Positions 10,608 to 21,359 of a stretch of DNA of 64,000 bases are shown here, in pieces. How positions within the stretch are numbered: position 1 is the first letter of the stretch; every line of letters starts with the position of its first letter. Position numbers and translations under genes: made by a program. Origin of the DNA: an uncultured Hormoscilla sp. Lineage in GTDB: Bacteria; Cyanobacteriota; Cyanobacteriia; Cyanobacteriales; Desertifilaceae. The notes under the pieces are model-generated. The model was given only the letters and a program-made list of their open reading frames with translations. It ran no database searches and was not told where the DNA came from. The stretch is taken from positions 4,160,001-4,224,000 of the forward strand of contig OZ001293.3 of assembly GCA_963921275.4 (NCBI GenBank), read 5' to 3'.

Positions 10608-11291
10608 TTAAGGAGGGGGGTTGGGGGGATCCAATTTTCTTGACAAATAGCCTAGTAGGGTGTCTGCCAGTTTATCAGCAATCCCCTCTATCCATATTTC
10701 ATCCTGACGGGTGTACGATCGCGGGGCATTTGCTGCCAAGATCAGCACCCCCTCTTTGTCGATGGGTTGACAAATTACGCCTTGTGTGTTATGAGGCAAA
10801 TAATCAAATTCAATTTTGCCAGGATAAAGCTTCAGATTCACCAGGTAGATGGGTTTTTGCTTGTCTAGAACCCGTTGGACGATCGGGCCAGGCTGGACTG
10901 GGGCCGATGAGCCCAAGATGCCGCGACGCAATAGCACCTTTCCTTGATAATAGACCAGGAGCGATCGGGTTGCCGTATTGGTCAGCAACAAATTGGAGGC
11001 CCAGGCAAGTTCAGTTAGCACCTGGTCTGGCAACTCTGGTGCCAACTCAAAACCCTCTTCACCCACCAGCTGCACGGCATCAGGGGTTACTGGCTGTACC
11101 TGCTGCCAGAGCAGACCTGTTAAGATCAGCACGGCACCGATCATCACCCCCAAGGCATCAGAACGGGTCTGGGAAGCCGTCAGCTGGGGGGTCGCCAAGC
11201 GGTTAATCATCAGCAGCGTACCCCCTAGGGCACCTACCCCGATGGGCATCAGCCGCAATAGGTAATTTGGATCTGGTTTTTTATTTGTCAT
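10608..11291 (-). CDS. Cofactor assembly of complex C subunit B (CCB2/CCB4 family)
   Basis: ELAWASNLLLTNT, LYPGKIEFDYLP.NTQGVICQP, W..GIADKL. Confidence 0.8.
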   Translation of the reverse strand: MTNKKPDPNYLLRLMPIGVGALGGTLLMINRLATPQLTASQTRSDALGVMIGAVLILTGLLWQQVQPVTPDAVQLVGEEGFELAPELPDQVLTELAWASNLLLTNTATRSLLVYYQGKVLLRRGILGSSAPVQPGPIVQRVLDKQKPIYLVNLKLYPGKIEFDYLPHNTQGVICQPIDKEGVLILAANAPRSYTRQDEIWIEGIADKLADTLLGYLSRKLDPPNPPP

Positions 11292-11500
11292 TCCCGTTCC
11301 GACAGGCCATACCGATCACTTCGGGTGCATCGAAATGTTGGCTTTCGATATGCTCTGTGCGCACTACTCGCACTGCACATCGCACATCGCTGCCATATTC
11401 ACTCTTTTGCCCAGAGCCCAGAAACCAGGTTTTGCTGGAAAAACCTGGTTTCTTAATTCATGATGCTTCCCTCACTTCTCTTTTATCGCAAAATTATCTA

Positions 11501-11653
11501 TAATCACAACCCACCAGGGTTCTCTAGAGGCTCTGCCTCTATCTTGTGGTTCCCAGGCTGAGCCTGGGAACCAGGTTAATAATCACAACCCACCAGGGTT
11601 CTCTAGAGGCTCTGCCTCTATCTTTTGGAGTCTCAGGCTGGGAACCAGGTTAA
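11501..11653. repeat. Tandem duplication (about 78 bp x2) containing a REP-like palindrome
   Basis: AATCACAACCCACCAGGGTTCTCTAGAGGCTCTGCCTCTATCTT occurs twice; palindrome GGTTCCCAGGCTGAGCCTGGGAACC. Confidence 0.8.
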
Positions 11654-11680
11654 ATCGTTGGAAGGGAGCGAAGGGAAAGT

Positions 11681-12973
11681 ATGTTAGAGTTGCTGAGTTC
11701 CGGGGTGATTCATCTGTGGCTAGATTTGGCAGGAGTTAAGACTGCTCCTGAGAATTTGCTAGCCTGGCAGCAGACAACGCAGTTCGTATTACCCAGCAAG
11801 TCAGAAAAAATCGAAAAGATATTGCAGCCATACCTCCAGGACTGGGGGAGACATGGCTTGGGTAAAGCACAGCAGGGTGTGTGGATACAGTCTGGCTATC
11901 AGCTGCTAGCCAGTAACCGGGGGGATATTGCCCTGCCAGCAGCTTCTTTGACCAAGATAGCGACGACTCTGGCCGCCTTGAAAACCTGGCACCCACATCA
12001 CCAGTTTGAAACCACGCTCTGCGGCACTGGACCAGTTAAAGATGGGGTGTTGCAGAGAGATTTGGTGGTAAGTGGCAACGGCGATCCCTTCTTTATCTGG
12101 TCCGAGGCGATCGCCCTTGGGGTAGCGCTGAATAAAAAGGGCATCACCCGGGTGACTGGCAACCTCCTCATAGCTGACAAATTCTCTATGAATTACAAAT
12201 CAGATCCTGCGGTAGCTGGTGAAATGCTGTTCAAAGCAATCAACCCCAAGCTCTGGTCCTGGGAAATTAAAAATAGCTATTGGGAATTACCACCAGATAT
12301 ACCTCAACCGCAAGTAAAAATTGAGGGTAAAGTGCTTGTGCCCAGCAATATTGTACCCCATCAAGACTGTTTGCTGCGGCGCTTCTCCAGGCCGCTGATG
12401 GAAATTCTCAAGCAGATGAATGTCTACAGTAAGAACGAGCTGTCAGAGGCGATCGCCTCTAGGTTGGGCGGCCCCGCTGAGGTGAGAAAACTGGCGGCCC
12501 AAGCTGCGGGGGTTCCGGTGGCAGAAATTCAGCTTGTTAATGGTTCAGGACTGGGGGAAGAAAATCGCATTTCTGCCCGGGCGGCGGTGGCCATGTTAAT
12601 GGCAATTCAACAGGAACTGACGAAATATCAGCTCAATATTGCTAACTTGTTTCCCGTCGCTGGTCGCGATCGGAGGGGCACCCTATCAGGTCGGCTGACT
12701 CCAACTCATACTGTAGCGAAGACGGGAACTCTGCGCCATGTCAGTTCTTTAGCTGGCGTCCTGCCAACGCGCGATCGGGGTTTAGTCTGGTTTGCGATCG
12801 TCAATCGAGGCTGGGATCTGCATACCTTCCGGGCACAACAAGATCAATTGTTGCAAGAATTAGTCAAGGAATGGGGGGTGGCACCTTCATTACCAAAGGC
12901 GATCGATCGGCATGCAGTTTTTACGGGCGATCGGGTAAAGATCGGGGCCCTAGGACGCAATGAAATATTCTGA
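11681..12973 (+). CDS. dacB: D-alanyl-D-alanine carboxypeptidase (PBP4, peptidase S13)
   Basis: PAASLTK (SxxK), SKN (SxN), NGSGL, AKTGTL. Confidence 0.9.
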   Translation: MLELLSSGVIHLWLDLAGVKTAPENLLAWQQTTQFVLPSKSEKIEKILQPYLQDWGRHGLGKAQQGVWIQSGYQLLASNRGDIALPAASLTKIATTLAALKTWHPHHQFETTLCGTGPVKDGVLQRDLVVSGNGDPFFIWSEAIALGVALNKKGITRVTGNLLIADKFSMNYKSDPAVAGEMLFKAINPKLWSWEIKNSYWELPPDIPQPQVKIEGKVLVPSNIVPHQDCLLRRFSRPLMEILKQMNVYSKNELSEAIASRLGGPAEVRKLAAQAAGVPVAEIQLVNGSGLGEENRISARAAVAMLMAIQQELTKYQLNIANLFPVAGRDRRGTLSGRLTPTHTVAKTGTLRHVSSLAGVLPTRDRGLVWFAIVNRGWDLHTFRAQQDQLLQELVKEWGVAPSLPKAIDRHAVFTGDRVKIGALGRNEIF

Positions 12974-13210
12974 AATTATCTACTATTCTACATTCCGCAC
13001 GGACAAATATTACGTAATGATGACAAACAGCTTGTGATGAAAACGAACAGAAAAGTCCATATACGTATAAATAAATATACGTCCTGTTTCCTAAATTATC
13101 AGAGCTAGTACGGATTACCAAAAGTAGTGCAATAGTAATCTAACCGATAAATTACGTATTACATAGCATTTTACAACTTGTCGTGCGTAAAGTGGGTGTT
13201 ATACTAGAAC

Positions 13211-13576
13211 GTGAAATCTACTTCTTATGGTATGACCAATCAACAGGAAGTTTCAAAACTACAGATTGACCGCAAACCAGCGGTGATCGCCCTCGCATCA
13301 TTATTGGTGGCGTTAATCGCTATGTCCTTCGCGGGAATTTTTATCAGATTGAGCGAATTTGTCGTCTTAGGGTTGTGGTCCCTGTTAAATACCGCCAGTC
13401 AAAAACGTCAGGAAAAATTATCACTATTATCACTTGACAATCATGAAACGAGAGAATATAATGGTAGCAAAGTGAAACACCAGAAGGTTTACAGGAGGAT
13501 AGACTTAGCGTTGTTGGTAGCAGCAGGGACTCTCTTTTGGGTTTATCTAACTGGCTCGCATTTGCAGTTGTTTTAA
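13211..13576 (+). pseudogene. DMT/EamA transporter N-terminal fragment
   Basis: LLVALIAMSFAGIFIRLSE motif; short and truncated. Confidence 0.5.
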
Positions 13577-13670
13577 GTGGCTTATATTTAGCGATATTTA
13601 GCAAATCAGCGGTCAAAGAATAATCACAAAAAATACCCAGAGTATACAAAAGCTAATTAGGAGCAAAAAG

Positions 13671-14933
13671 ATGAAAATATTCGATTAATTGGAATCAAAT
13701 GTACGCAGTTACTGCCGGACATTTCCCACCGTGTTCGAGAAAGCACAAGGGGCAATTATGGAAGATGAAAGCGGTCGCAAGTATATTGATTTCTTTAGCG
13801 GGGCAGGAACCTTGAATTACGGACATAATAATCCGCATTTCAAGGAACGCCTGTTAAATTATCTAGAGTCGGACAGTATTGTTCACAGTCTGGACATGGC
13901 AACTGTGGCCAAACGGGAGTTTATCGAAGCATTTGAAGGCATTATTCTCAAACCCAGGCAATTGAACTACAAGTTTCAATTCAGCGGACCGACAGGAACA
14001 AATGCCGTAGAAGCTGCTCTGAAAATTGCCCGCAACGCCACCGGACGGAAAAATATCATCTCCTTTGCGGGTGGTTTTCACGGCGTCACCTTTGGTTCCT
14101 TGGCGACGACATCCAATGCCTACTATCGAGAAGCTTGCGGAATTCCTACCACAAGTGCGACGTTTATGCCCTACGACGGATACATGGGAGCGTCTCTTGA
14201 CACCACAGAATACCTAGATCGCGTCCTCTCGGACAGAAGCAGTGGAGTAGATCGTCCCGCAGCAGCGATCGTGGAAACGGTTCAGGGAGAAGGGGGAGTA
14301 AATGTGGCAAGTTTTTCCTGGTTGCGATCGCTCTTAAAGGTCTGCCGCAAGCACGATGTCCTGTTGATTGTTGACGACATCCAGGTGGGATGCGGACGGA
14401 CCGGAACCTTTTTCAGTTTTGAAGAAGCTGGCATTTCTCCTGACATCGTTACCCTCTCGAAATCCTTGAGTGGTTTCGGTCTTCCTTTCTCACTGGTACT
14501 GATGAAACCAGAATTGGATAAGTGGAAACCGGGTCAACACAGTGGTACGTTCCGGGGACATAACCTAGCCTTTATCACTGCCAAAGCGGCTTTAGAAAAA
14601 TATTGGCAGGACTCGTATTTGTCTGACTCTGTAAAAGAAAAAGGAACAAAAATTCTTACCCGTTTAGAGCAAATCGTCAAAAATAACGGGGAAGCCCCTT
14701 TTGCAGTCAGGGGACGGGGTATGATTCAGGGATTGGACTGCTCAACGGGAGATTTGGCGAGTAAAATCATCGCCAAAGCCTTTGACAAAGGGCTAGTCAT
14801 TGAAAGTTGCGGTTCGCGGGGGCACGTCCTTAAATATCTTTCGCCTTTAACGATCTCCGAAGGCGAACTGGAACCGGGACTGCAGATTTTAGAAGAGAGT
14901 GTAAAGGAAGTGATGCAGTCACAGCAAAGTTAG
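13671..14933 (+). pseudogene. ectB: Diaminobutyrate--2-oxoglutarate transaminase (EctB/Dat) with a nonsense codon at codon 6
   Basis: AGGAG RBS, then ATG AAA ATA TTC GAT TAA TTG GAA TCA. Motifs ESNVRSYCR, DFFSGAGTLNYGHN, GPTGTNAVEAA, DDIQVGCGRTG, SKS. Confidence 0.85.
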
Positions 14934-15091
14934 CAATTAGCATCGTTACGCACGGCTCTGCCTAAGAACGCAATTAGCAATTTGCAAGGCTACCAACATA
15001 ACGCGGGACAAATTAGCCCCTCGGAGCGGCTTCTATCGCTGTGGGCTGGAAGCCTTGCACCATGAGCTGTCCCGGCTTAAGTTGGTAGCCC

Positions 15092-16372
15092 CTAAGGAAT
15101 AATTTCCGTGACCACTCTCCCACCACTCTTACCGCTTTTAACCACAATATTTTGCTCTGGGAGTCTCCCGAAAGCTTTAGCACCCTTTAAGTTCAATGGT
15201 GGATCGACCTGACGATAATTAACATTCCCTTCCGCTGCCATTTCTTCCGAGGCAATGTACCAGGTAATTTTATCTGCCTCCAGTTGAGATTGATTGCTTT
15301 CCCCAATGCCCCGCACGTTACCAGTCAAAGACGCAATTTGCTTTTGTAAGTCTACCTGTCCCTTGTTACCTGTGAGGGTAACTTGCTGCTGAGGATAATC
15401 TATCTTAACTAATTGGTCTGATGCGATCGTTTCTGTTGCTAAATTCCAGGTCATTGACTCACTTGTCACATGCACGGGTGGTTCTGATAGGGTCAGTTTA
15501 GCATCTTGCTTCAGGGTGAGAGTATTGGCTTTCAGATCCACTAAGGAGGCATTGGCAACTGCTTTACCTGTCACTTTCTCCCCCTCATAGCGATCGATCT
15601 GGATGGGCCGATCGCCTATCACCTGCTCGTCCTGCATCTGCCAGATCAATTTCTCAGTTTTCATCTGTAACTTGGGAGACTTCGTCGTCGCGGACACCTG
15701 GCCGAGTAACTCCATGCGGCGATCGCGGCTCAAAACTCTGGCCTCAGCAGCGGATGCTGACACTTGCGGATGAGTACCAGTCAAATTATTGCGGACAATT
15801 AAAATATCTTCCTGAGGACTCCACTCCAACTCCTCGCCCCGCAATATAGCTCCATCTGCAACCGCCGTAGCCATAATTTCTCCTTTCAGGAATATTTTTT
15901 TCCCATCCTGATGAATTTCTCCTTTCTGCGACATCACCTGAAACGCTAACTTCCCATCCTGATAAAGTTCACTATTGGAATGATGAACAATGGCAATTTT
16001 CTCATCTCGGCTGTAAGTAGCCTCTTTGGCCTCCACTTTCCACAAAAGACGCCCCCGAACATCCACTTGCTCAAGAGTAACATCATTAAAAATCAAGCTG
16101 TTTTCCAGTTCTTGTGAGTCAGAACCATCCTCAGTCAACTTGTTCCCTGTCTGCTTTTCACCTGCACAACCACCTACCAGCAGCGCCATCAAAACCAAAG
16201 ACAGCGCTACAGTCCGCGTCCCGTTGGAGAAAAGATGCCGTATATAGCCCGCGCAGGCGGGCTTTGTGTTTGTAGCCCTACCCCCTCGTTCCCACGGCTC
16301 TGCCTGGGAACGGGTGGGGATGGGGGTGGGGATGACAATCTTCGGAATTTGCCAATTAGAAAAGTTCAGCAT
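15092..16372 (-). CDS. lptC: LPS export protein LptC (cyanobacterial long form)
   Basis: Lipoprotein-like LLVGGC, VTLEQ..G.LLWKVEA and repeated OstA-like beta-jellyroll segments. The true start is probably downstream because the 5' part overlaps REP-like repeats. Confidence 0.8.
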   Translation of the reverse strand: MLNFSNWQIPKIVIPTPIPTRSQAEPWERGGRATNTKPACAGYIRHLFSNGTRTVALSLVLMALLVGGCAGEKQTGNKLTEDGSDSQELENSLIFNDVTLEQVDVRGRLLWKVEAKEATYSRDEKIAIVHHSNSELYQDGKLAFQVMSQKGEIHQDGKKIFLKGEIMATAVADGAILRGEELEWSPQEDILIVRNNLTGTHPQVSASAAEARVLSRDRRMELLGQVSATTKSPKLQMKTEKLIWQMQDEQVIGDRPIQIDRYEGEKVTGKAVANASLVDLKANTLTLKQDAKLTLSEPPVHVTSESMTWNLATETIASDQLVKIDYPQQQVTLTGNKGQVDLQKQIASLTGNVRGIGESNQSQLEADKITWYIASEEMAAEGNVNYRQVDPPLNLKGAKAFGRLPEQNIVVKSGKSGGRVVTEIIP

Positions 16373-16506
16373 TATTGGTAATTTGCTAATGGCGTTCCCA
16401 GGCAGAGCCTGGGTTTACAAAGTTCGGGCACTGGCGATGGGAATTGCCAATTGAAAATAGCACAGAACAATTCTCAAATTCTCAATTAACAATTCTAAAT
16501 TCGCAA

Positions 16507-17139
16507 TTAACAATGTCCGTCCTCTACCTCCTTAATTAAGCCGATGCCAGATAGGGGACGGCAGGAATAGTCATTTGGGCGATAATTCGTCTTTTGGATA
16601 TCATATTTTACATGTTCCAAGTCAATGTAGCGGTCTGCTACATTAATCAAGCTGTCACTGGTCATCGATCGCAGACTCACCACCTCCACCCGCACGCCGC
16701 GATAACTGACCGCATCTACAGCATAAGCCAGATCCCCATCTCCACTGACTAAGACTGCTGTGTCGTAAGCACCCACCAGGGCCATCATGTCTACAGCAAT
16801 TTCCACATCCAGATTAGCTTTTTTCGAGCCATCCGGTAATTGTACCAGATCCTTCGCGATCACGCGATAGCCGTTCCGACGCATCCACAACAGGAAACCC
16901 TGCTGTTTCTCATTTGTGCGATCGACACCGGTGTAAAAGAAAGAGCGCAGCAATCGGGAGCCAGCGGTCAAGCGACAAAGTAGCTTGGTATAATCAATTT
17001 CTATTCCCAATTGCAGAGCTGCATAAAACAGATTAGAGCCATCGATGAATATGGTAACTCTACCTCTATTTGACAAAACCTGTTCTGCTGAGAAAAGGTC
17101 ATGATTTTCCGGATGTTCCAACATTGTTAAATTTCTCAT
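16507..17139 (-). CDS. NYN-domain (LabA/DUF88) protein
   Basis: IFIDGSNLFY, KANLDVEIAVDM, SGDGDL. Confidence 0.9.
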   Translation of the reverse strand: MRNLTMLEHPENHDLFSAEQVLSNRGRVTIFIDGSNLFYAALQLGIEIDYTKLLCRLTAGSRLLRSFFYTGVDRTNEKQQGFLLWMRRNGYRVIAKDLVQLPDGSKKANLDVEIAVDMMALVGAYDTAVLVSGDGDLAYAVDAVSYRGVRVEVVSLRSMTSDSLINVADRYIDLEHVKYDIQKTNYRPNDYSCRPLSGIGLIKEVEDGHC

Positions 17140-17175
17140 TTGTTAAATTTATTTGACTTTGACGCTTTGCCTGTC

Positions 17176-17455
17176 AGTCGGTGTTTCTTGGGAGCGCGAC
17201 GCGCATTACCCAGGAGACACCTTCGATGTGCTCTACGCGCGCTACCCGCACTGCTTAATGTGCTCTGCTGCTGTGTCTCCTGGGAGCGCTACTCGCACAA
17301 AAGGAGACACAGCGCGCGGTTGAGCACTGCGCGGCTGTGTCCTTGACACGCATGAGAAGATAGTATCTCATGCGTGTCAAGGGACACAGGGAGCACATTA
17401 ATCGCACATCGCCGAGACATCGTACTCGCACTACCCCTCGCACATCGAAGCAGCA
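17176..17455. repeat. Cluster of nested small palindromic elements
   Basis: GGTGTTTCTTGGG..CCCAGGAGACACC; CGATGTGC..GCACATCG enclosing GCTGTGTCTCC..GGAGACACAGC and CTGTGTCCTTGACACGCATGAG..CTCATGCGTGTCAAGGGACACAG. Confidence 0.85.
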
Positions 17456-19122
17456 TTCACAAGTTCCAAACGCTCAAACGCTGGCTGAGCTTTGCCTAAC
17501 TTCTGGTTGGCCGGTAATGCTCCCCAGCTGGCATGAGTATCAAAGGTCGATGTCTCCGGAGTAGTGCGAGTATGATGTCCCCCGGGTTTCGCCGTGCGTC
17601 CGGGGGACATCAAGCTCTCCGGAGACATCGAAGCCGACAAGATTGAACTTTGCCGATCGAAGTCGATGCTAAAACCCAGTTGCTGGTAGATAGCACTGCT
17701 GACACGGGGAATGACTGGCGAGAGCAGATAGGCGGCCAATCGCACCGATTCTAAAACTGCGTAGAGCACCTGTTCGGTAGCTGACTGTTTTCCCTCTTTG
17801 TACAGCTGCCAAGGGGCCTGCTCGTCAATGTACTTATTGCCAGCTTGTACCAAAGCCATAATTTCTGCGCAGGCTTTACTAAATGCTAGCACTTCGTAGG
17901 CAGCACAAACCCGATCGCCCAATCCTGCACCTATCTGTTGCAACAGGTTGTCTTCAGGAATTTCCGCAAGCTCCGGCACAGTGGAGCCGCAGTATTTCTT
18001 GGCCATGCCCAAGGTGCGATTCAGCAAATTGCCCAAATCATTTGCCAAATCCGCATTCAGGATATTGACAAACCTGGTTTCCTTAAAATCCCCATCCTTG
18101 CCAAATTCAATTTCCTTCATAAAGTAGTAACGAACGGCATCAGCTCCATAAGCATTGACGAGAGCGATCGGATCTACAGTATTCCCCAAGCTTTTGCCCA
18201 TTTTCATGCCATCTTTGGTTAAAAAGCCATGTCCAAATACGCGCTCTGGTACTGGCAGACCCGCTGACATCAGCATTGCTGGCCAGTAAACTGCATGAAA
18301 GCGTAAGATATCCTTGCCAATCAAATGCAAGTTAATGGGCCACCATTTGGCTAAGGCATTTGCCAAAGTCGGCGGCTCCTCTGGCTCCAGGAGTGCCGTT
18401 ACATATCCTAACAAAGCGTCAAACCAGACATAGATAGTATGATCTGAATCTACTGGCACCGGGAATCCCCAGTCGAGATTCACCCGCGAGATGGAAAAAT
18501 CTTGCAGTCCCTGCCTGACAAAGCCGAGCACTTCGTTCCGGCGGCTCTCTGGCTGGATAAAATCCGGTCGTTCTTCGTAAAGGGCTTCTAGCTGCTGTTG
18601 GTACTTGGAGAGTCGGAAAAAGTAGTTCTGTTCGTTTCGCCACTCAGTTTGTACGTTCTGGTGGATCGGACAGCGGTTATCTGAAGCGCGATCGCGTTCT
18701 TCTTTGAATTCTTCGCAGGATACGCAGTACCAGCCCTGTTGACGTCCTAAGTAAATGTCTCCTTTTTCCCACACCAAATTAAAGAATTCTTTAACAATTG
18801 CCTCGTGGCCAGGGGCTGTGGTGCGGCTGAAGCGATCGTACTGGATGTTCAGCAACTGCCAAATGGCCTCAAAGCCAGTGACAATTTGGTCGCAATGCTC
18901 TTGGGGCGATCGGCCCTTAGACTGAGCTGTGCGCTGAATTTTCTGTCCATGTTCATCCGTCCCTGTAATCATCAGCACCTCGCCGCCCCGCAACCGCTGG
19001 TAGCGAGCCCACACATCTGCCGCCATCGTCGTATAGGCACTACCGATATGAGGCAAATCATTGACATAATAAAGAGGCGTCGTAACAGCAAATCTCCGTT
19101 TTTCTCGATCGGTATAATTCAT
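17431..19122 (-). CDS. metG: Methionine--tRNA ligase, with an in-frame palindromic insertion near the C-terminus
   Basis: TTPLYYVN..PHIGSAY (HIGH), GTDEHGQKI, YVWFDAL, GKDILRFHAVYWP, KMGKS (KMSKS). Confidence 0.97.
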   Translation of the reverse strand: MNYTDREKRRFAVTTPLYYVNDLPHIGSAYTTMAADVWARYQRLRGGEVLMITGTDEHGQKIQRTAQSKGRSPQEHCDQIVTGFEAIWQLLNIQYDRFSRTTAPGHEAIVKEFFNLVWEKGDIYLGRQQGWYCVSCEEFKEERDRASDNRCPIHQNVQTEWRNEQNYFFRLSKYQQQLEALYEERPDFIQPESRRNEVLGFVRQGLQDFSISRVNLDWGFPVPVDSDHTIYVWFDALLGYVTALLEPEEPPTLANALAKWWPINLHLIGKDILRFHAVYWPAMLMSAGLPVPERVFGHGFLTKDGMKMGKSLGNTVDPIALVNAYGADAVRYYFMKEIEFGKDGDFKETRFVNILNADLANDLGNLLNRTLGMAKKYCGSTVPELAEIPEDNLLQQIGAGLGDRVCAAYEVLAFSKACAEIMALVQAGNKYIDEQAPWQLYKEGKQSATEQVLYAVLESVRLAAYLLSPVIPRVSSAIYQQLGFSIDFDRQSSILSASMSPESLMSPGRTAKPGGHHTRTTPETSTFDTHASWGALPANQKLGKAQPAFERLELVNAASMCEG

Positions 19123-19468
19123 CTATTTTTCAACAGTCCCTTGTCAAATCTCAGACTTAAACTGATATTTCGGTATTCTACTGGTTATTCTCTAGAACTG
19201 AGCGAGATTTCCCAATAAATACTTAATTATTTTAGCTTTCCGTTCGCCCAGGGACGACCGGGAGCTGGTAGCGTAGCGTGCAGCCATGGGAGCAGGCAGC
19301 AGTATTATTCTGACTGCCGTCTCCCCAAGCAGCCACACCTGTTCTCATCCCTATGGTCTAGGTCAGCGCTGGTTGCCCTCCACTCTCGCCGGTGGTTCAG
19401 GAGGGGGAGGATAACTGCATTACGCCCCCAATCCCAGCCAGATAATGTAAAGTAATGTCAATGATGAT

Positions 19469-20380
19469 ATGGTGATCGATTCAAAATTCAAAATTCAAAA
19501 TTCTTGCATTGACAAATGCCAAATGCCAAACCTGAAAAATTGTCTTCGTTTTCTCACCCCTTGCCAACCCAGACCCGAATATCCCCTGTTTGTCTTCCTG
19601 CCAGGAATGGATGGCACCGGGAGGTTGTTACACAGACAAATACCTAGCTTACAGAAAACCTTTGATATTCGCTGTCTGGCCATCCCACCTGATGACCTAA
19701 CTGACTGGGATGCTATGGCCAAACAGGTAATTGCCCTAATTGAAGCCGAGTTGAAACCACGATGTGCGATGCGCGCGCTACCCGCACTGCGCATCGCACA
19801 TCGAAGACGTGCAGTTTATCTATGTGGCGAATCCTTTGGCGGTTGCTTAGCTCAAAAAGTGATAATGCACGCCAAAGGACTAATAGAGCGACTGATTCTC
19901 ATCAATCCCGCCTCATCCTTTAAATTATATCCCTGGATGAGTTTAGGAGAGCCAATTACTCGCGCATTGCCCTCAGCCCTCTACAGAGTCTCTAAACTGG
20001 GGATACTGCCCTTTTTAGCTGACTGGGGACGGGTTGCCGACTGGGAAGTCCGCGCCCTGTGGTCAGCTATCCACTCTATACCGCAAGCAACCTTCATTTG
20101 GCGTTTGTCTTTGCTCGGAGAGTTTCATATCAGTGAAACCCAGCTGAGTTGCATCACTCAACCCACGCTGCTTCTTGCTAGTGGTGCAGACAGACTCCTT
20201 CCTTCTGTCACAGAAGCTCAACGCCTCAACAGCTGCCTCCCTAAGGCCCAGATGGTAGTGCTGTCTGATAGCTGTCACGCCTGTCTATTGGAAAGGTCGG
20301 TTGACCTCTATCAAATTCTCCAAACACATAACTTCTTGTCTTCTGGAAATGCCGTTTCCCTAGTTAGAGGAGCGTCATAA
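19469..20380 (+). CDS. Alpha/beta hydrolase, with an in-frame 42-nt palindrome insertion
   Basis: FLPGMDGTG, GESFGG nucleophile elbow, D.LLPS, HACLLE. The start may be Met at 19523. Confidence 0.9.
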   Translation: MVIDSKFKIQNSCIDKCQMPNLKNCLRFLTPCQPRPEYPLFVFLPGMDGTGRLLHRQIPSLQKTFDIRCLAIPPDDLTDWDAMAKQVIALIEAELKPRCAMRALPALRIAHRRRAVYLCGESFGGCLAQKVIMHAKGLIERLILINPASSFKLYPWMSLGEPITRALPSALYRVSKLGILPFLADWGRVADWEVRALWSAIHSIPQATFIWRLSLLGEFHISETQLSCITQPTLLLASGADRLLPSVTEAQRLNSCLPKAQMVVLSDSCHACLLERSVDLYQILQTHNFLSSGNAVSLVRGAS

Positions 20381-20561
20381 ATCTAAGCATTCAGCGGGTG
20401 CATCTCCAGAAGACAGGGGCGAAGCATTCTGTCAGACCACATAAAGATGTTTTTCCTAGATTGACTGCCAGAATGCTAGGAACATATACATTGACAATGC
20501 AGGAGATGCACCCAGGAACAACCTCCGGACAGGCAATCCGCCCGCCCGGAGCAACTAACAA

Positions 20562-21278
20562 CTAACCAATGGCTTGACGTCGCTTTTGGACCTGTTGAGC
20601 AGGTAACTCAGCCAAAGCCTGTTTTCCCTGCGAGGACTCCAATAGCTTCAGCAACTTCTGCAACTTCACCTGTAATATTTCTGCTTCTGTAGAGCCTAGG
20701 AGTTCGAGCAATTCATCCGCTTCTGGGTGACGACAGACGCCAGTATCACAGTTCAAACCTAGCTGACGCCAGTACATAGTTGGCACGGACTTTCCCCGCT
20801 GACCAATGTGTTCCTAATTGAGCAGGCGAGTTTCTAAGTAAGCTTTAGGAGATTCGTAGCAGTTTTGGGAGCGAGTATAGGGGACAGTAAAGCAACCAAA
20901 CACCTTGCGGTATTCTTCGGAGTCTAAAAAAGCAGTGATTAGTTTGTCAACGCCTTCTTTCGTCAGAATATCGCAGTAAATTTGTAATTCTGACTGGTCG
21001 CGCGGGGCCCGACCTAAAAAATGCTTGAAGCACAGTTCGATAAACTTCACGTTAGAATAACAGTGATAAAATGCCTTGTGATAAACTTCCGAGTGACCCA
21101 GTTCCTTGATGAAGCGTCGCACCCAGATTTTATCTTTGAGAAAGTCTTTCTCAGCTTTAGCTAAGATCTCCCGCTCAAAATCATAAGGCTGCACTTGACG
21201 GTAAATTTGGTGCAGCGCCAGTTGGCGTTCTTCTAAGGATGAGCGGCGGTTAGCTGTGAAGGGTTTGAATTGATTCAT
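20562..21278 (-). pseudogene. Phycobilisome-linker-domain protein split by an in-frame TAG (20814-20816)
   Basis: FKHFLGRAP, DSEEYRKVFG; the frame continues past the stop as EHIGQRGKSVPTMYW. Confidence 0.75.
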
Positions 21279-21359
21279 GTTTTCTCCCTTTGTCGAGTCA
21301 TTTTTGGTATTTCAGCTTTTTATTCTGAGGTTAGTTAATCCCATGCTTGACAAGATATG

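Noticed and set aside
17555..17572. Hairpin-element core read as GTAGTGCGAGTA resembles the intron 5' end GTGCGA
   Set aside because: Only a 6-nt match with no other intron domain; may be chance.
19240..19440. GC-rich leader upstream of metG as a riboswitch or ncRNA
   Set aside because: No SAM, T-box, 6S or SRP consensus recognised by eye; needs an Rfam scan.
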